DNA from: Camelus ferus
Lineage: Eukaryota
Assembly: GCF_009834535.1 (NCBI RefSeq)
Contig: NC_045697.1
Location: forward strand, 23,872,001-23,936,000
DNA length: 64,000 bases
Reading direction: 5' to 3'
Shown in pieces: positions 25,828 through 38,347 of this stretch; within the stretch, counting starts at the first letter, position 1, and each line of letters opens with the position of its first letter. The position numbers were made by a program, and so were the translations under genes. The notes under the pieces are model-generated. The model saw only the letters and a program-made list of their open reading frames with translations. It was not told where the DNA came from and did not search any database.

Positions 25828-26970
25828 ATTCATCCAGCCAACATATATTTATGGATCCTCTTCCAAGACTGGGGAATACAGTGGTGAAGCATGCCATGCT
25901 AAACAGGGATAAACATCTAAAAGCATAGAAACAAAAATTAGTAGTAAGTGATCTGAAGCATGTAAAATAGGGTGACGTGAAAGAGAATGTCTGTGGTTTG
26001 CTTTAGCTGGACTATCATGAAAGAATTTCTTGATATTTGATTTGAAACCAGGATAATAAAAAGAAAGCAGCTGTGTGGAGACCTGGGAGAGAAGTGTTGG
26101 AGGTTTCCAAGAAATAGGTATATAAAGTTCAAAAACTATAACACAGAAATGCACTTGGTCATTTTCAGAGACAAAAAGGCCAGCTGATCTGTATCTTAGA
26201 GAGTTGAAGAGTACTTCTTAGAGAACCTTCTAAAACATGGTAGATAACTTCAAATTTTATTTATATTTTAACAGAACATTTTTTTAAAAATTTGAGCAGT
26301 GAAATATGATTTGTATGGTTTAATGAGAGTTTAATTATGTAAGGGATAGAGTGGAGTCAGAGTTTAGTACAGAAGCTCCTGCAGTATTTCAGGGGACAGC
26401 TGACGGTAGCTTTGATAGGTAGTATTGTAACATTTAAGAGAGTAAAGGATCTGATTCAGAATATATTTTAGACACTGAGCCAACAGGACTTACAAGTTGA
26501 ATAAGGAATGTAAAGAATAAAGCAGAATGACTCCAAGATTCTTGGCTTAAAAAATCAGGTAGTGCCAATCTGCAGATAAAGTATGGGTGAGGGCAGGAAA
26601 GAATCAACAAATGAAGAGCTGAGATGCTTGTTAGACTTCTCTGTAGTATAAACTGACTCTTGGGTATACTACTCTGGAACTCAGGGGACAGTCCAAACTT
26701 GGTCATCTGAAAGTCATCAAAAGCAGAAGACATTCTAATATTTACTTGTTTGATAGTGGAGTAAGGGACTGAAAAGAAACACATGAAATAGAGAATGATT
26801 AAGAAGAAACAGGTCTATCATGAAGTCTTAGACAACTAGAAAACACAGTGATCCAAGAAAGAGGGAATGATCAATTATTGATATGTAGTTGATAATTTGA
26901 GTAAGAAGAGGAAACAAAAATTGCTCATTTCTCTGGCAAGATGTAGTCATTGGTGACTCATTGACCCTAA
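25828..26970 (-). mobile_element. L2 LINE fragment
   Basis: Starts with attcatcc...aacatattt...ctggggaatacagtggtgaa and continues with typical reverse L2 body motifs (gattcagaatatatttt...gagccaacaggactt...gaatgactccaag...gtcattggtgac). Confidence 0.7.
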
Positions 26971-29900
26971 TCAATAACTCGGCTACACTATTTTGGACTA
27001 AATTCACCTTAACCTTTTTATTATTATCAGTGATGTAGTAATAGTAATGTAATCACTAGAATTACTTAAAAAATCTTCCCTGAAGTGACATAAAGATTCT
27101 AAGAACAGTACGGTCAAAGAGAATGGCTGTTACCAGGTTCTGACATCCACAGTCACAGATACCAGTTTATCTTCTTTCTAATAGACTCACTATTATTGTG
27201 CAAAGCCAGCAATCCAGCAAGTACAACCAGTTGTGGAGCCTCTCTGTCAAGACTAGACATCATATTCGATTTGATTGATGTGAAAGCTTTTGAAATTTGG
27301 AACTTAAGATAGCAACTGGCTGCTCTGAATTCAACTTACTGTCCAAAGAGGGGAGACTTGTACTTGTTAGGCTTCTGAATTTTTTTTCCATATTCGTGTT
27401 CTATTATTTATTATATCTGATGGTAATTGTAAAGGGCAAAAGAATAAACTTACTTTCTTCCTAAGGTAAGATAGCAAAAACATAGGAGAGTAGATTCAAT
27501 TCATTCTGAACATCAATCAATACACTATCTGATGTAGAATAAACCCTAAGTAAACATAGCTGTTTCTAACATGAAAAGACATGGTGCCTATCTAACCAAC
27601 ATTACATTGTAACTAAAGAGATTAACCTCTTGGTAGATGCTGATCAAATATTGTTATAGTTAATTACCACTTGTAAAGGATCCTGGAGACCTCTATACAA
27701 ATGCAGCATAAATAAATGTATTTGTATTTTGGTTTAAATGTTTAATTTAGTTGATTTGCTTTTCAGTTGCTGAATTTTGCTTTCTACTACAGGCTTTTAG
27801 TTTCCTTAAGGATGCCACCGTGAATTTAGCATATAGTTCCTGATGCTAAAAAACAAATTTGAAAAGCAGATGGAATTTGTAGCACACTTGTGCTTTGTTC
27901 ATCAGTGAAGGTTCAAGCTGGCAGCAAAGACAAAAGATAGATGACCAGGAATTCCTGCTGTAATTTTGACTCTTAGTATAATCCATAGTAAGTCACCTAA
28001 CCTCACTAGAAGTCAGTGTCTGAAGTGGTGAAGTCAAGAGGAAAAGGTATTTTTCTATCTCTCAGAGGCAGGGTGTGATAATAATTGAAGCTTTTGAATA
28101 GAAATAGGAAGGGGTTGTTTCATTACAAGTAAAGAAAGCAGATGTCTTTGAGTTTGGAATATTAATCTAACCTAAGAAAATCAAAGCTTTTATTTTCTTC
28201 TCGGAACATGTATAGCTCAATCCTTCAGTTAATGTAAAAGGCACAGGTTTCCTCTGAAAGCATTAAAAAAAATCAGCTTTAATCTGAATGTTAGAAATGA
28301 CTTCAGAGTCAGTGGTTTTCTAATATTTTGTTATTGTTATACAATATTCTTGATAAAATAAAATTTCAGCCTTGTCAATATTTAACTGAGATGAAATGAG
28401 AATTGTCTCACTTGCTTTGGAAGCGTGAGCAAGAACCCCATGATTTGACCTCCCTTGGCCTCACTTGTAGCCCCTGATACATTTTTGGATAAGAATATGG
28501 ATGTACTCAATTAGAAATTTGAGGAAGGAAGTGTTTTTAATTAAAACATTGATGTATGTATATAAACTATTTACCATTCTTGCCCCCTTCTATCCTGAAT
28601 CTATCTTAAAGAGAATCAGACTATTTTGCCAAAAAACTAACATTTGCTTTTTGGTCACCCGTTCCCTGCTTTGTATTCCTTATATTTTTGTTCATTCTAA
28701 AATATTCAGTGGTTTCTTTATGTCTCTTAATCTTTCTCCTCATCATTATTAGTTTTCTTACTTTCACAGGTAAAAATCTCCCTTGATCTGGACATGTAAT
28801 TCTTCCCACTCTATCAGGCTTACCTAATTTTTGACCCATTTCCTCACAGTCTGTCAAGTGGTGAATTCACTCATCTTTCCAATAATGATCCACTGGCTCT
28901 TTGCAAGGAATGGGACACTGACTCTAACACAAACATAAATAGAATGTAGTTTCTTCTCTCAAGGAAAGTGTAGTTTAGGGAAGCAAACAAGAAAGTCAGT
29001 AGAAACTTTAATAAAAGTTATGTTTGAGGTATTTTGTTACTTAAACCCAGATCATGGAGCAAATCAGGTTTATTGGTTTATTGTTTACCGATGACCATAA
29101 TGTGATTCTGTGGAATATGAATATGGATGCATTTTGAAATATCAAGACCCTTACAAGGTAAAGTGGTAATAAAATAATTATCATATGTAAAGTTTTAGTG
29201 TACAGGCCTATTAGGTCAAGTTGTCAAAAACTACAACATAAGACAAATAAGTGCAATTAAGATGACTCATTTCTATTATTTCCCTCTTGCTTTCACTTAA
29301 AAGAAAAATTCTCCCACCAATGACATCCCTCTTCACAGAAGCAGAAAATACAAATATCTTGATTTCTGCTTTAGGCCCAGCCATAGGACTAAAGTAGAAT
29401 TCTTGGAAGGATAATAGGTAGAAACATTATTTTTTTCTCAATTTTTGCTCTTTAACAAGTACCTCAATACAAAATGTGAGTAACTTGGTTATTTCAATCA
29501 TTATGCCTACGAGAGTGGGAGAGACAGAGGGAGAGAGGAAGAAAAGAAGAGAGGAGGCACAAGTGGGATTTGGTATCCTGCAAATTTTATTTCATTTTTT
29601 GAGTGCTGTGTTTTTAGATGTGACCATCAGTATTTTGAATAGCAATCCTTATACTAAGTGGTTATTGTATAAGTTAAGGAAAGAATGGATCTGCTTGTTG
29701 AAAGGGCAAGCAATAAAGATCCTCAGCAATACAAAACCTAACAAATCTTGAAAGTAACAACTGCCATTACCCAACAAAAGATTATTTTTAGTAAATCTCA
29801 GCGTGAGGATTTTTGATCACATACAGTCTTTTCAATAACAGCCTAATACATTAATCATGATAATATTTATCATCTGTTACGAAACATAGCGGTAAAAATA

Positions 29901-32359
29901 TGGGCATGGTGAAATAAAAAAGGCTATTGAATGTCTAGGAGCAAATTGTGGCCTAATAATCTTCATATTTTAAAGCGGAAAGCAATCCCCTTGTCAACAT
30001 TTCCTTTATATAATTCATATCACACCATCTATAGAATATCGAGAATAATACATATGGAATAATTTAGAAAAGAGTATATCAGGGACCCTTACTATAGAAT
30101 ACAGTTTGAGGAGAATTATATTCTTCTACTTAATGAGTTTTGAAATTGATTTTATAAAGAATATATTCCATTTTTATTTAATGTTAAAGTTAAAGGAATA
30201 CTAATCTTTTTGTGAAAGAAAAATTTTAAGGTATTTATATAAGCAGCCATCTTTAAACTTTATATTTTTAAACCTTTATACTTTATACTGTTACATATTT
30301 ATTCTTTGATATACTCTGGGCTTTCGTTTTAAAGATTAATGTTTATGACTTTATAGTTTGTTGCATTTTACAAATTGGTTCATAGTCTAAATTATGGTAA
30401 AGATGCTTGCTTTCCGAGCCTTGAAGACTTGTTCCAGTTTATAGAACAAACCTGTTTTCATGCCTCTAGAACACTGTATTACTTTGCATTTTTATTCAAT
30501 GTTTAGAATTTTACCAAATTTCAGAGTATGATTTTAAAGTGTTTCACCACTTGGTTATTCTTCATATAACATAACTAGCTAAATACAAATTTGGATTTGG
30601 GTTTCTAAAATTAGAAGACCACTCCTGAACATATTACAAATAATATTTACCCTGTGTTGATTACTAGAGCAAGAAAAATATAAAATATGGATGTTTTTTC
30701 ATATATGAAAATAACCTAATATTTGTGTATTTTCCACCAAACTATTGAAATTTTAAGTATATTTATTTTTGAAATCATACTGTGTAAATAATCCTCTGTT
30801 CTGCTTGTTTCACTTGACATTACTGAATTTCCTCATTGTATTATTTCAAAATCTATGTATAATCATTTATTGATGAGAAGAATTCTAATACATGGAGAAA
30901 AATAATGAAAATGTTTCCTGCTATTGAGAATTTAATATGCATCTAATTTTTTCATTGTTTTACAAATTATGTTAAAAGAACATCTTTTTTGCATGAACAC
31001 TTTTTACACTAAAGGAAGTATTTTCAGAATTCATATATGTCTTAGTCTTGGTTCTTTAGGAAAAGAATAACTCTGTTGCATAGCTTAGTGCTAATGCTTT
31101 AAATGAAGGTATAATCCTCCAGGACAGCAAATTACGGAAACTGAGAAGTGATTCTGAGTAAAAGTAAAGGTAAATAAGGGTAACATATTACTTCATATGA
31201 AAAAATACAGCTATTATCTTGATTATGTAGTACAATCTACATAGGACAGATGGAACCACTCACTAGGCTTTGAAATAGTCCATCAGAGAGAGGAAGAAAG
31301 AGGAAGTTTTTCTTTCTCCTGTCTCTTAATGGCTAATGTTTGCTTTATGAGCTGTTAACTTCGTCACATTTCCAGGATATGTCAAATGCTCCTGAGAGAA
31401 GCCCATGAATCCAGGTCTCATGCTCTCTGGTGTACTATATTATTTGGATCCAGAAGTGGTTCAGGCCAGCTCATTCTGGGACTTGTTGAGTGGGCATTCA
31501 CTACGCTGTAGCTTTCACCATGGTAGACATCATAGAAGCCATACAAAGGATCTAGCACTCATATAAAATGCAGCCTAGGTTACTAAATATGCTATGACAT
31601 GAGATGGTTACCAGGGATGGCAAACAGCCTATGTGTGAACTGATGCTTAGCAAATAAATCTGATGTGAAACATACATGGGTCCTGAAACATCAATACATC
31701 AGATAAAAGGTATGAAAATTTACTTGGCTCTTAATACACACTGAAGTATTACTTTTTTTAAAAGGTATACATTTCTACACATATATCAGTAATAAATAAA
31801 TATATTCAGTATTTTTATTAAATCAATGTTTATTTCTAAATCAACCCAAAACTTTCCCAAATAGCATTGTTTAATTAAATTTGCATTTTTATTACTAGAC
31901 AGGTTTAAAGTTACTCATGTTTATTCATCTGGACTTTCAACTTCTCCATATCTATATAAATATTTCCCTAAATTATTTAAACATGCTTTTGTCATCAGTC
32001 TAAAAAAATACAAAATTGAAGCCAAAGGGAAAAAAAAAATTCAGACACATACAAGTCTGTGTAAATCAACTTTCTTCTTTTTTTGAAACAACTTTCTGTA
32101 AAAAGTTTTATATCAATATCAAATACCATAACAACAAGCATGATTAAAGATTAAAACCTAGGCCTATACTTTTAAAATATTGTGTACAGTAACAATATGA
32201 AAAAAAATTGCTATCAAGGCACTCCAAAGGAAACGAACTTATGGAAAGCTCAACCATATTCTTGAATTGAAGGTCTCAACATAATAAAGATGGCAACATA
32301 TTTTCTAATTTATTAAATATTTTTTTATTAAAAATAAATTTCAAATAGCCAGAAACTGC

Positions 32360-32765
32360 AGTTTTGCATAGTAAATAACCACCAAATCTCAGTGACTTTC
32401 AACAATAATTATTTATTTTATACTCATGAGTCTGTAGGTTGGTTGTGGTTTGGTTGCTGTTGGCTTGTCTTAGCTGACTAGGCTGAATTAAGACTGTGGT
32501 TAGATCAAGATGTATTCATTTTCATCCTGGGCTGATGAGCTAAGGTTACCTAAGGTATATCTTCACACAGTTGACATCAGAAGCTGAAGAGGGTCTCATA
32601 TGACTTTGAGACAGAACTTGCCTCTCACTTCCATGTACATTTCATCCATTAAGTCAAGTTATACAGCCAAGCTTAGTGATGGGAGAATTTTACTCCACTC
32701 ACAGTAAATAATGGTAAAGCAGAGAGGGAAAGAACTCTGGGCAAATAATGTCTTCTGCAACACGT
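32360..32765 (-). mobile_element. MaLR (MLT1-type) solo LTR
   Basis: taaataaccaccaaatctcagtgactttcaacaataattatttatttt...ctcatgagtctgtaggttgg is the reverse complement of an old MLT1 3' end. Confidence 0.65.
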
Positions 32766-35379
32766 AACTTCTTCATCCTTTGTGTTCCATTTACCCATTT
32801 AGTTTTATTTTAATCATCTTATGTCTTCCTTTATTTATAAAGCTTGCAAAGCTAATTCTTGCCCCCAAAAACATTACATGTATCTGCTTGTCTGTACCAA
32901 CTCCATTTTCTACTTCCTGGTCATTTCTCAAGTTTGTACTTAATATCACTTTCTTAGTACCATTTTTAATAATGGCCAGTATTCTTAGATGATCCTCTTG
33001 TCTTCATAGTTAATGTCAGGATGGCATTTAAATAATTTAGTAATTATTTGTTCAATGTATCATTATTGCTACACCGTTTCATGAATGCAAAATGGATTCT
33101 GTTTGTCTTTATTACTATATCCTTCAAACTCAACTCAAAATCGGTCATAAAATGAGTACTTTATATGCATATATTGAAATGATACATGAAATGATTTGTA
33201 CTTTCTTTTGGGAATTATCTTTTTAGATTCATTTCTCCAGCTGTTACTGGGTATTCATATTGTTCTTATTTGCCATTATGTACTCTTTACCCATAGAATA
33301 TATTATCCCTTTCTCCATTATATAAATATTTTTAATTCCGTCTATTGAAATTTGTTGTTTTTCTTTCATTTTTGTTTATTTGTGTTGCTTTGCTTTTGAT
33401 AATTAAGAAATTTTATATAGGAGAGATTTTTGAAAGATATGATACTTGAAATAGTAAATCCAAAGAAAATAAGAGAAAACACAAAATAAAGATTCCATAA
33501 TAGCAAGTATTTACTAGAGGATAACCAGATATCAGAGTAAACCCTATATAGTAATTTAGAATAGAAAGAATAGAAATGAAATAAAAATAAAGAGATTCAT
33601 TAGCTGGTAGTGAATTCCAAATGGAGATCAATTAAAGGATATTAAATTTGTTAACATTTGGAGAAGATTGATGCTATTGGGTTATAATGCCCATCAAAAG
33701 AAAATCATACAGAAATTGGAGGAATCTCTCACAGGCATAAAACTTTTGATTGTTAAACTTCTGCCATTCTTTACAGCCAATTAAAAACTTAAGGGATTTT
33801 CTTTTTCCTTTCTTTGTTGATGTAAGTATTTGTTTTAGAGAATATACGTTGTTTCTTATCTTTCTCAGTTAAGAACCTGAACTTCCTTTTTGTAGGACAA
33901 GGTAGGCCTGATGCCAGGGAATCTGCCCAGGAATGTTACAGAAAGTACAGCCCTTAGGAATGATGAGCATCAAAGCCTGTATTTCTACCACTTTTTTTAC
34001 ACTTCATTTTGTTCCTCAGTGGTGATGGGACGGGGGTTAAGACTGGGAAGAGCAGGAGGTAACAATGGAATTCATACAATCTTTGGGAATATGTCTCCCT
34101 TTGACTAAAATTCGGATTGGAATTCTATTAATTTCCAAAGAGAACATTTTATAATGTGATCAATAAATTCTTCCAATGACTGGAGTGAGTCTCATCACTT
34201 TTCTTTTACAGAGTTATTCCAGAACAATGAGGAGACATGCATATCCAGGGAGTGAACACAAATTGTCTTCCCTAAGTATTGCACATAATATAACACAAAC
34301 AAAAAGTATGTCCATGAACCTGACACAACTATGAATTGTGATGACATTATAGATTTTATCTTTTTGGGATCTTGAAAGAACCATACTTTTTTTGTTCTTT
34401 TTAACTCTAGTATTGCATAAAAGTTTATAAAGTTACAAATCTGGTTGTTCTACTTCTCCCAGTAAAATATTTCATTGATTACTTGTCCCTTTCAAAAAAA
34501 ATCATTAATACAATATATAAAATCTTTCATATCTAGAAAACCTCCGTATCTGCCTGTCTTATGTCTTTTTATGCCATTGGTCATAAATATTTACAATTTC
34601 TATGTTCCCTCACAAAAATGAACTAAAGTAGTCATAGGTTCCCTAACAACTACACATCTCTTGACCCCATATTCCATCAGAAGAAATGTAGAGGTGTTCC
34701 TCATGAAAAACAGACAGTGCTATAGTCTTACCAATTTGGCAAGCAGCAGAACTACCAGTGGTGTGCTGGTTCACCAAATGGGGCAAAAATTCTCCCACTT
34801 GCAGCTTTTGCTAATTTCCATAGTATTTACAGCATACTCCCACCATAATGGATTTCCATTAATCCCCTAGTCTCTCATCCTTCTAGGGCTTCTATATCTC
34901 TTACTGTACCCTTTTTTTCTAACCTTGCCAACTCCTTAAACCTTTTCACTTAGACTTTTAAAAAATAGCAGTCATCATCAGCAGAATTTACTATATCCTT
35001 AACCTTAGCTATGATAATCATTTCACCTTTTTCTCTGATCAAAACCTGGTGAGAAAACTGCTCCTCCTGCAGTTCTCTGAACTGCTTTTTGTGTTTCCTA
35101 CCTCTGAGCCAAGTGGGATGATAGAGGTCCTTCTTTCTCTTCATTGACATTTCAAAAATTTTGCCACTTCCTATTTAGAACACTGTGGCATTTCCAGAAC
35201 ATGACCTTTTACCTCATTCAATTGTTCCAGTGGTCTGTTAAAAAAAAAATGTCTGTAATATTTGTTCTGTCTCTTCACTGTCCAATAGTGTGGCCATTAG
35301 CCACATATGGCTGTTGAGCATTTGAAATGTGACTAGTGTATCTGAGATAATGTTTTTTAGTTTTATTCAGTTTTAATTA

Positions 35380-35780
35380 GAGGCATACCTAATTTTATGG
35401 TGCTTCACAGATACTGCATTTTTATAAATTGTAACCATATATAAACTTTACATAATTGCAGGTTTGCACGTTGTTTTTTAGACATAATGCTATTGCACAC
35501 TTAATGGACTACAATATATTGTAAACATAACTTTTTTGGGTTTTTTTGCCGGGGGAGGTAATTAGGTTTATTTATTTATTTTTACAGGAGGTACTGCGGC
35601 TTGAACCCAGGCTCATTCATGCTAAACATGTGCACTACCTCTTGAGTTATACCCTCCCCACTGTAAACATGATTTTATATGCACTAGGAGACGAAAAAAT
35701 TCATGTGACTCATTTTATTGCAATATTTACTTGTTTGCAGTGGGCTGGAACCAAACGTTAATATCTTCAAGGTACATACT
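35380..35780. mobile_element. Internally deleted Tigger1-derived (TcMar) element
   Basis: Ends gaggcatacct... and ...ctggaaccaaac...aatatcttcaaggtacatact resemble Tigger1 terminal inverted repeats. TA flanks at 35378-35379 and 35781-35782. Internal motif tttttagacataatgctattgcacacttaat. Confidence 0.8.
35535..35661 (-). mobile_element. tRNA-derived SINE of camelid type (Vic-1-like)
   Basis: Minus strand reads ggggagggtataactcaagaggtag (A box)...ctgggttcaagcc (B box)...cagtacctcc...aaataaataaacctaattacctccccc, then an A-rich tail. 15-bp TSD (13/15 identical) at 35520-35534 and 35662-35676. Confidence 0.85.
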
Positions 35781-36558
35781 TAATTTTCATTTAAAAACAC
35801 ATGTAGCTAGTGCCTACCATATTAAACAATACAGATTTACCTAGAACATATCATTTGCAATTTGTATTATTTTCAATAATTGCATCTCCTTTACAATATC
35901 AATTTCATGTATCCCATTTTCTGACAACACCTTCATTCTTTTCAGTTTACTGTCTCTTCTGTCACAGTGTCAACATCTCACAACACCAGTTTGTTGATCC
36001 AAAGACTTTTGCCTTCTTTCCTCTGCTTTCTGTTCTCTTTACTCTCCTGTCTCAGTTTAGACTCCATGGTCTGTTACTGAAACTGCTCCATTGAATACAT
36101 TTTAGAATCCTTTGGCACAATCTTGCTTCATCATACTTGCCTGATAATTTTAGTTAAATCCAACTTTTCATTACTCTCAATATGTCCCAACATAGCTGAA
36201 TACAGTTGTCAAAATTCACATGGACATGCTGATTGATCTCACTTTAAATCCATGGAAACTGGTCTCAAGAACTCCCTCATGCTATACAGCCATTCCCTTT
36301 ACTGTTTACTCTCTCCTGTTTTCTTGGATGACAGTTTCATCACTTTGTTTCCTTTCTCCAATTTCTAGTACCTGTTCCCTCACCCTTATTTTCAGCATAT
36401 GGCTTTGTCTTTCCTTTCACTGAGTAGATAGAAGCAATCAAAAGAGAACTTGCATGTCTATCTGCCTACTTATTTTTCTCCATTATATATTGCCTTCCTT
36501 CTGTTGCCACATCTGAGTTCTCTTAAACTCTTCATTCACCCTATCTATCCCCTAACTC

Positions 36559-36600
36559 AAAAACAAAACAAAACAAAACAAAACAAACAAACAAAAAAAC
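36559..36600. repeat. (AAAAC)n simple repeat
   Basis: Read directly. Confidence 0.9.
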
Positions 36601-36659
36601 CTCATCACACTTAGTCTTTCCAATATCAAAAAACCACATTTGTTGCCTTTGACTTTTTC

Positions 36660-36908
36660 CATATGGTATTTTTTCTCTCTCTTTCTGGCTTACTTAGAAT
36701 GACAATCTCCAGGTCCATCCATGTTGCTGCAAATGGCTTTTTTTAAAATTATTTTTTATGGCTGAGTAGTATTCCATTGTATAAATATACCACAACTTCT
36801 TTATCCAGTCATCTGTTCATGGGCATTTAGGTTGTTTCCATATCGTGACTATTGTAAATAGTGCTGCTATGAACATTGGGGTGCATGTGTCTTTTTGAAT
36901 TAAGGTTC
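36660..36908 (-). mobile_element. L1 ORF2 3'-end fragment, related to the full-length L1 at 50.4-57.8 kb
   Basis: Closely parallels 50720-50970, including an identical tttttatggctgagtagtattccattgtataaatataccac. Confidence 0.88.
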
Positions 36909-37894
36909 CCTGCCCCCACCCAGGCTTTTTTTCTCACTCAGAGGAAAAAAAAAGATGTAGGCTTTTCCATCCCTAAGACCCTATATATTCTGTCCCTTGT
37001 GACAGTACTCCCCAACTCTCTGAATTTAACTGCTGTTAATCAGTCTGCTTCAGTTAAAAGGGCTTTATTGCTATTTTTGTAAAATACTGAGCAGGCTTTC
37101 CCCTTAGGGCTTTCACATTGACTTTTCCTTTGCCTGAGGCATAGTTACATGATTGGTCCCTTTCTTTCTTTGTATTGCTTTTCAAATTCCACCTTATCAT
37201 TTAAGGCTCCTTTTGATCATCCAGTACAAAATATCAATGTGCACTGTAGCTAATTACCCTTTCTATCCCTCTTACTTTGCTTCATATATCTCAGTAAAAT
37301 TTATTACCTTATGTCAATTCACATATTGTCTTGCTAACTTGTTTATTTTTAGCTCTATTAGACTGAGACATTTATCCTCTTATTCACTGGTATGAGACTA
37401 GCAACTAGACTATGCCTTGGAATCTTGTAGATGCTAAATAAATATTTATTGAATGAGTGAATGAATGAATGAATAATGAATGAATCTAAGTCTTTTCTGG
37501 CAATCGCAGTATGTATTTGGTACCAAACTATAAGCTCTGAAAGGAGCTGATATATTGCTTACTCATGCTCATCATGATTTATTAGTTTTCCTTTTAATGT
37601 ATTATTTTCACCCATTTCTTCCCCAAGGATTCTAAGTTTGTCATTGATGCACCATCAGGAGCCACTCTTTTAACACGTCTGTAAATTGTCACATGCTATT
37701 CCTACTACCTGGAATTCATATAATCCTTTTCAACTCCCTGGTGATTGCATACTCATGCTTCAATACTTTCTTGATTATACACCACTCTGTGTGGCCTTTC
37801 ATATTTTCCTTGTCAGTTAATCATCCCTTTCCCTGTGCTGCTATAGAAATAGCACATTGTTATAGGATAATTAATGCGATATGGTGATAGATTT

Positions 37895-38347
37895 TATTAT
37901 AGGTTGAATTATGTCCCCCAAAATTCATAGGCTGGAATCCTAACCTTCAGTACCTTAGAATAATACCTTATTTAGAAACATTACATAGTAGATGTAATTA
38001 GTTATGATGAAATCATACTGCAGTAAGATGAGCACCTAATCCAATGACTGATGTCTTTTAAAAAGGGGACATTTGAACAGACACATGCTCATAGGGAGAA
38101 TGCCATGTAAATATGAAGGCAGAAGTTGGAGTGATGAAGGAGATGCCAAAGAATACCAAAGATTTCCAGGAGATCAGTAGAAGCTAGGAGAGAGGCATGT
38201 GACAGGTCGTCATAGTCGTCAGAAGGAATGGGCTGTGCCAACATCCTGATTGTAGATTTCTAACCTGCAGGCTGTGAGACTATATACGTGTGTTTTTAAG
38301 CCCTCTAAGTTGTAGTACGTTGTTCCACCACCACAAGCAACGTAGCA
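37895..38347 (+). mobile_element. MaLR solo LTR (MLT1B/C-like)
   Basis: 5' ataggttgaattatgtcccccaaaattcat...aatcctaacc...cagtaccttagaat; 3' gaagctaggagagaggcatg...cagaaggaa...ctgtgagac...tgtttttaagcc. Confidence 0.85.

Larger units (their letters stand above)
35225..35834. mobile_element. MER3-like hAT-Charlie DNA transposon, split by a Tigger1 insertion
   Basis: ctgtccaatag...gccattagccacatatggctgttgagcatttgaaatgtgactagtg on the left; cacatgtagctagtgcctaccatattaaacaatacag on the right. Confidence 0.8.
34950..37485 (+). mobile_element. Long degraded L2 LINE interrupted by younger insertions
   Basis: L2 body motif ttcactgagtagatagaagcaatcaaaagagaact (~36415-36450) and L2 3' terminus atgctaaataaatatttattgaatgagtgaatgaatgaat (~37430-37485). 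Confidence 0.65.

Noticed and set aside
25849..26784. ORFs of 101 and 116 aa on the minus strand
   Set aside because: They lie within a decayed L2 and show no recognisable intact domain.
27137..27340. Exon-like, moderately GC-rich stretch
   Set aside because: The frames I read hit stops, there is no convincing acceptor-donor pair and no recognisable protein.
35590..35661. tRNA gene
   Set aside because: It is the degenerate tRNA-derived head of a SINE with a tail and TSD, not an intact cloverleaf.
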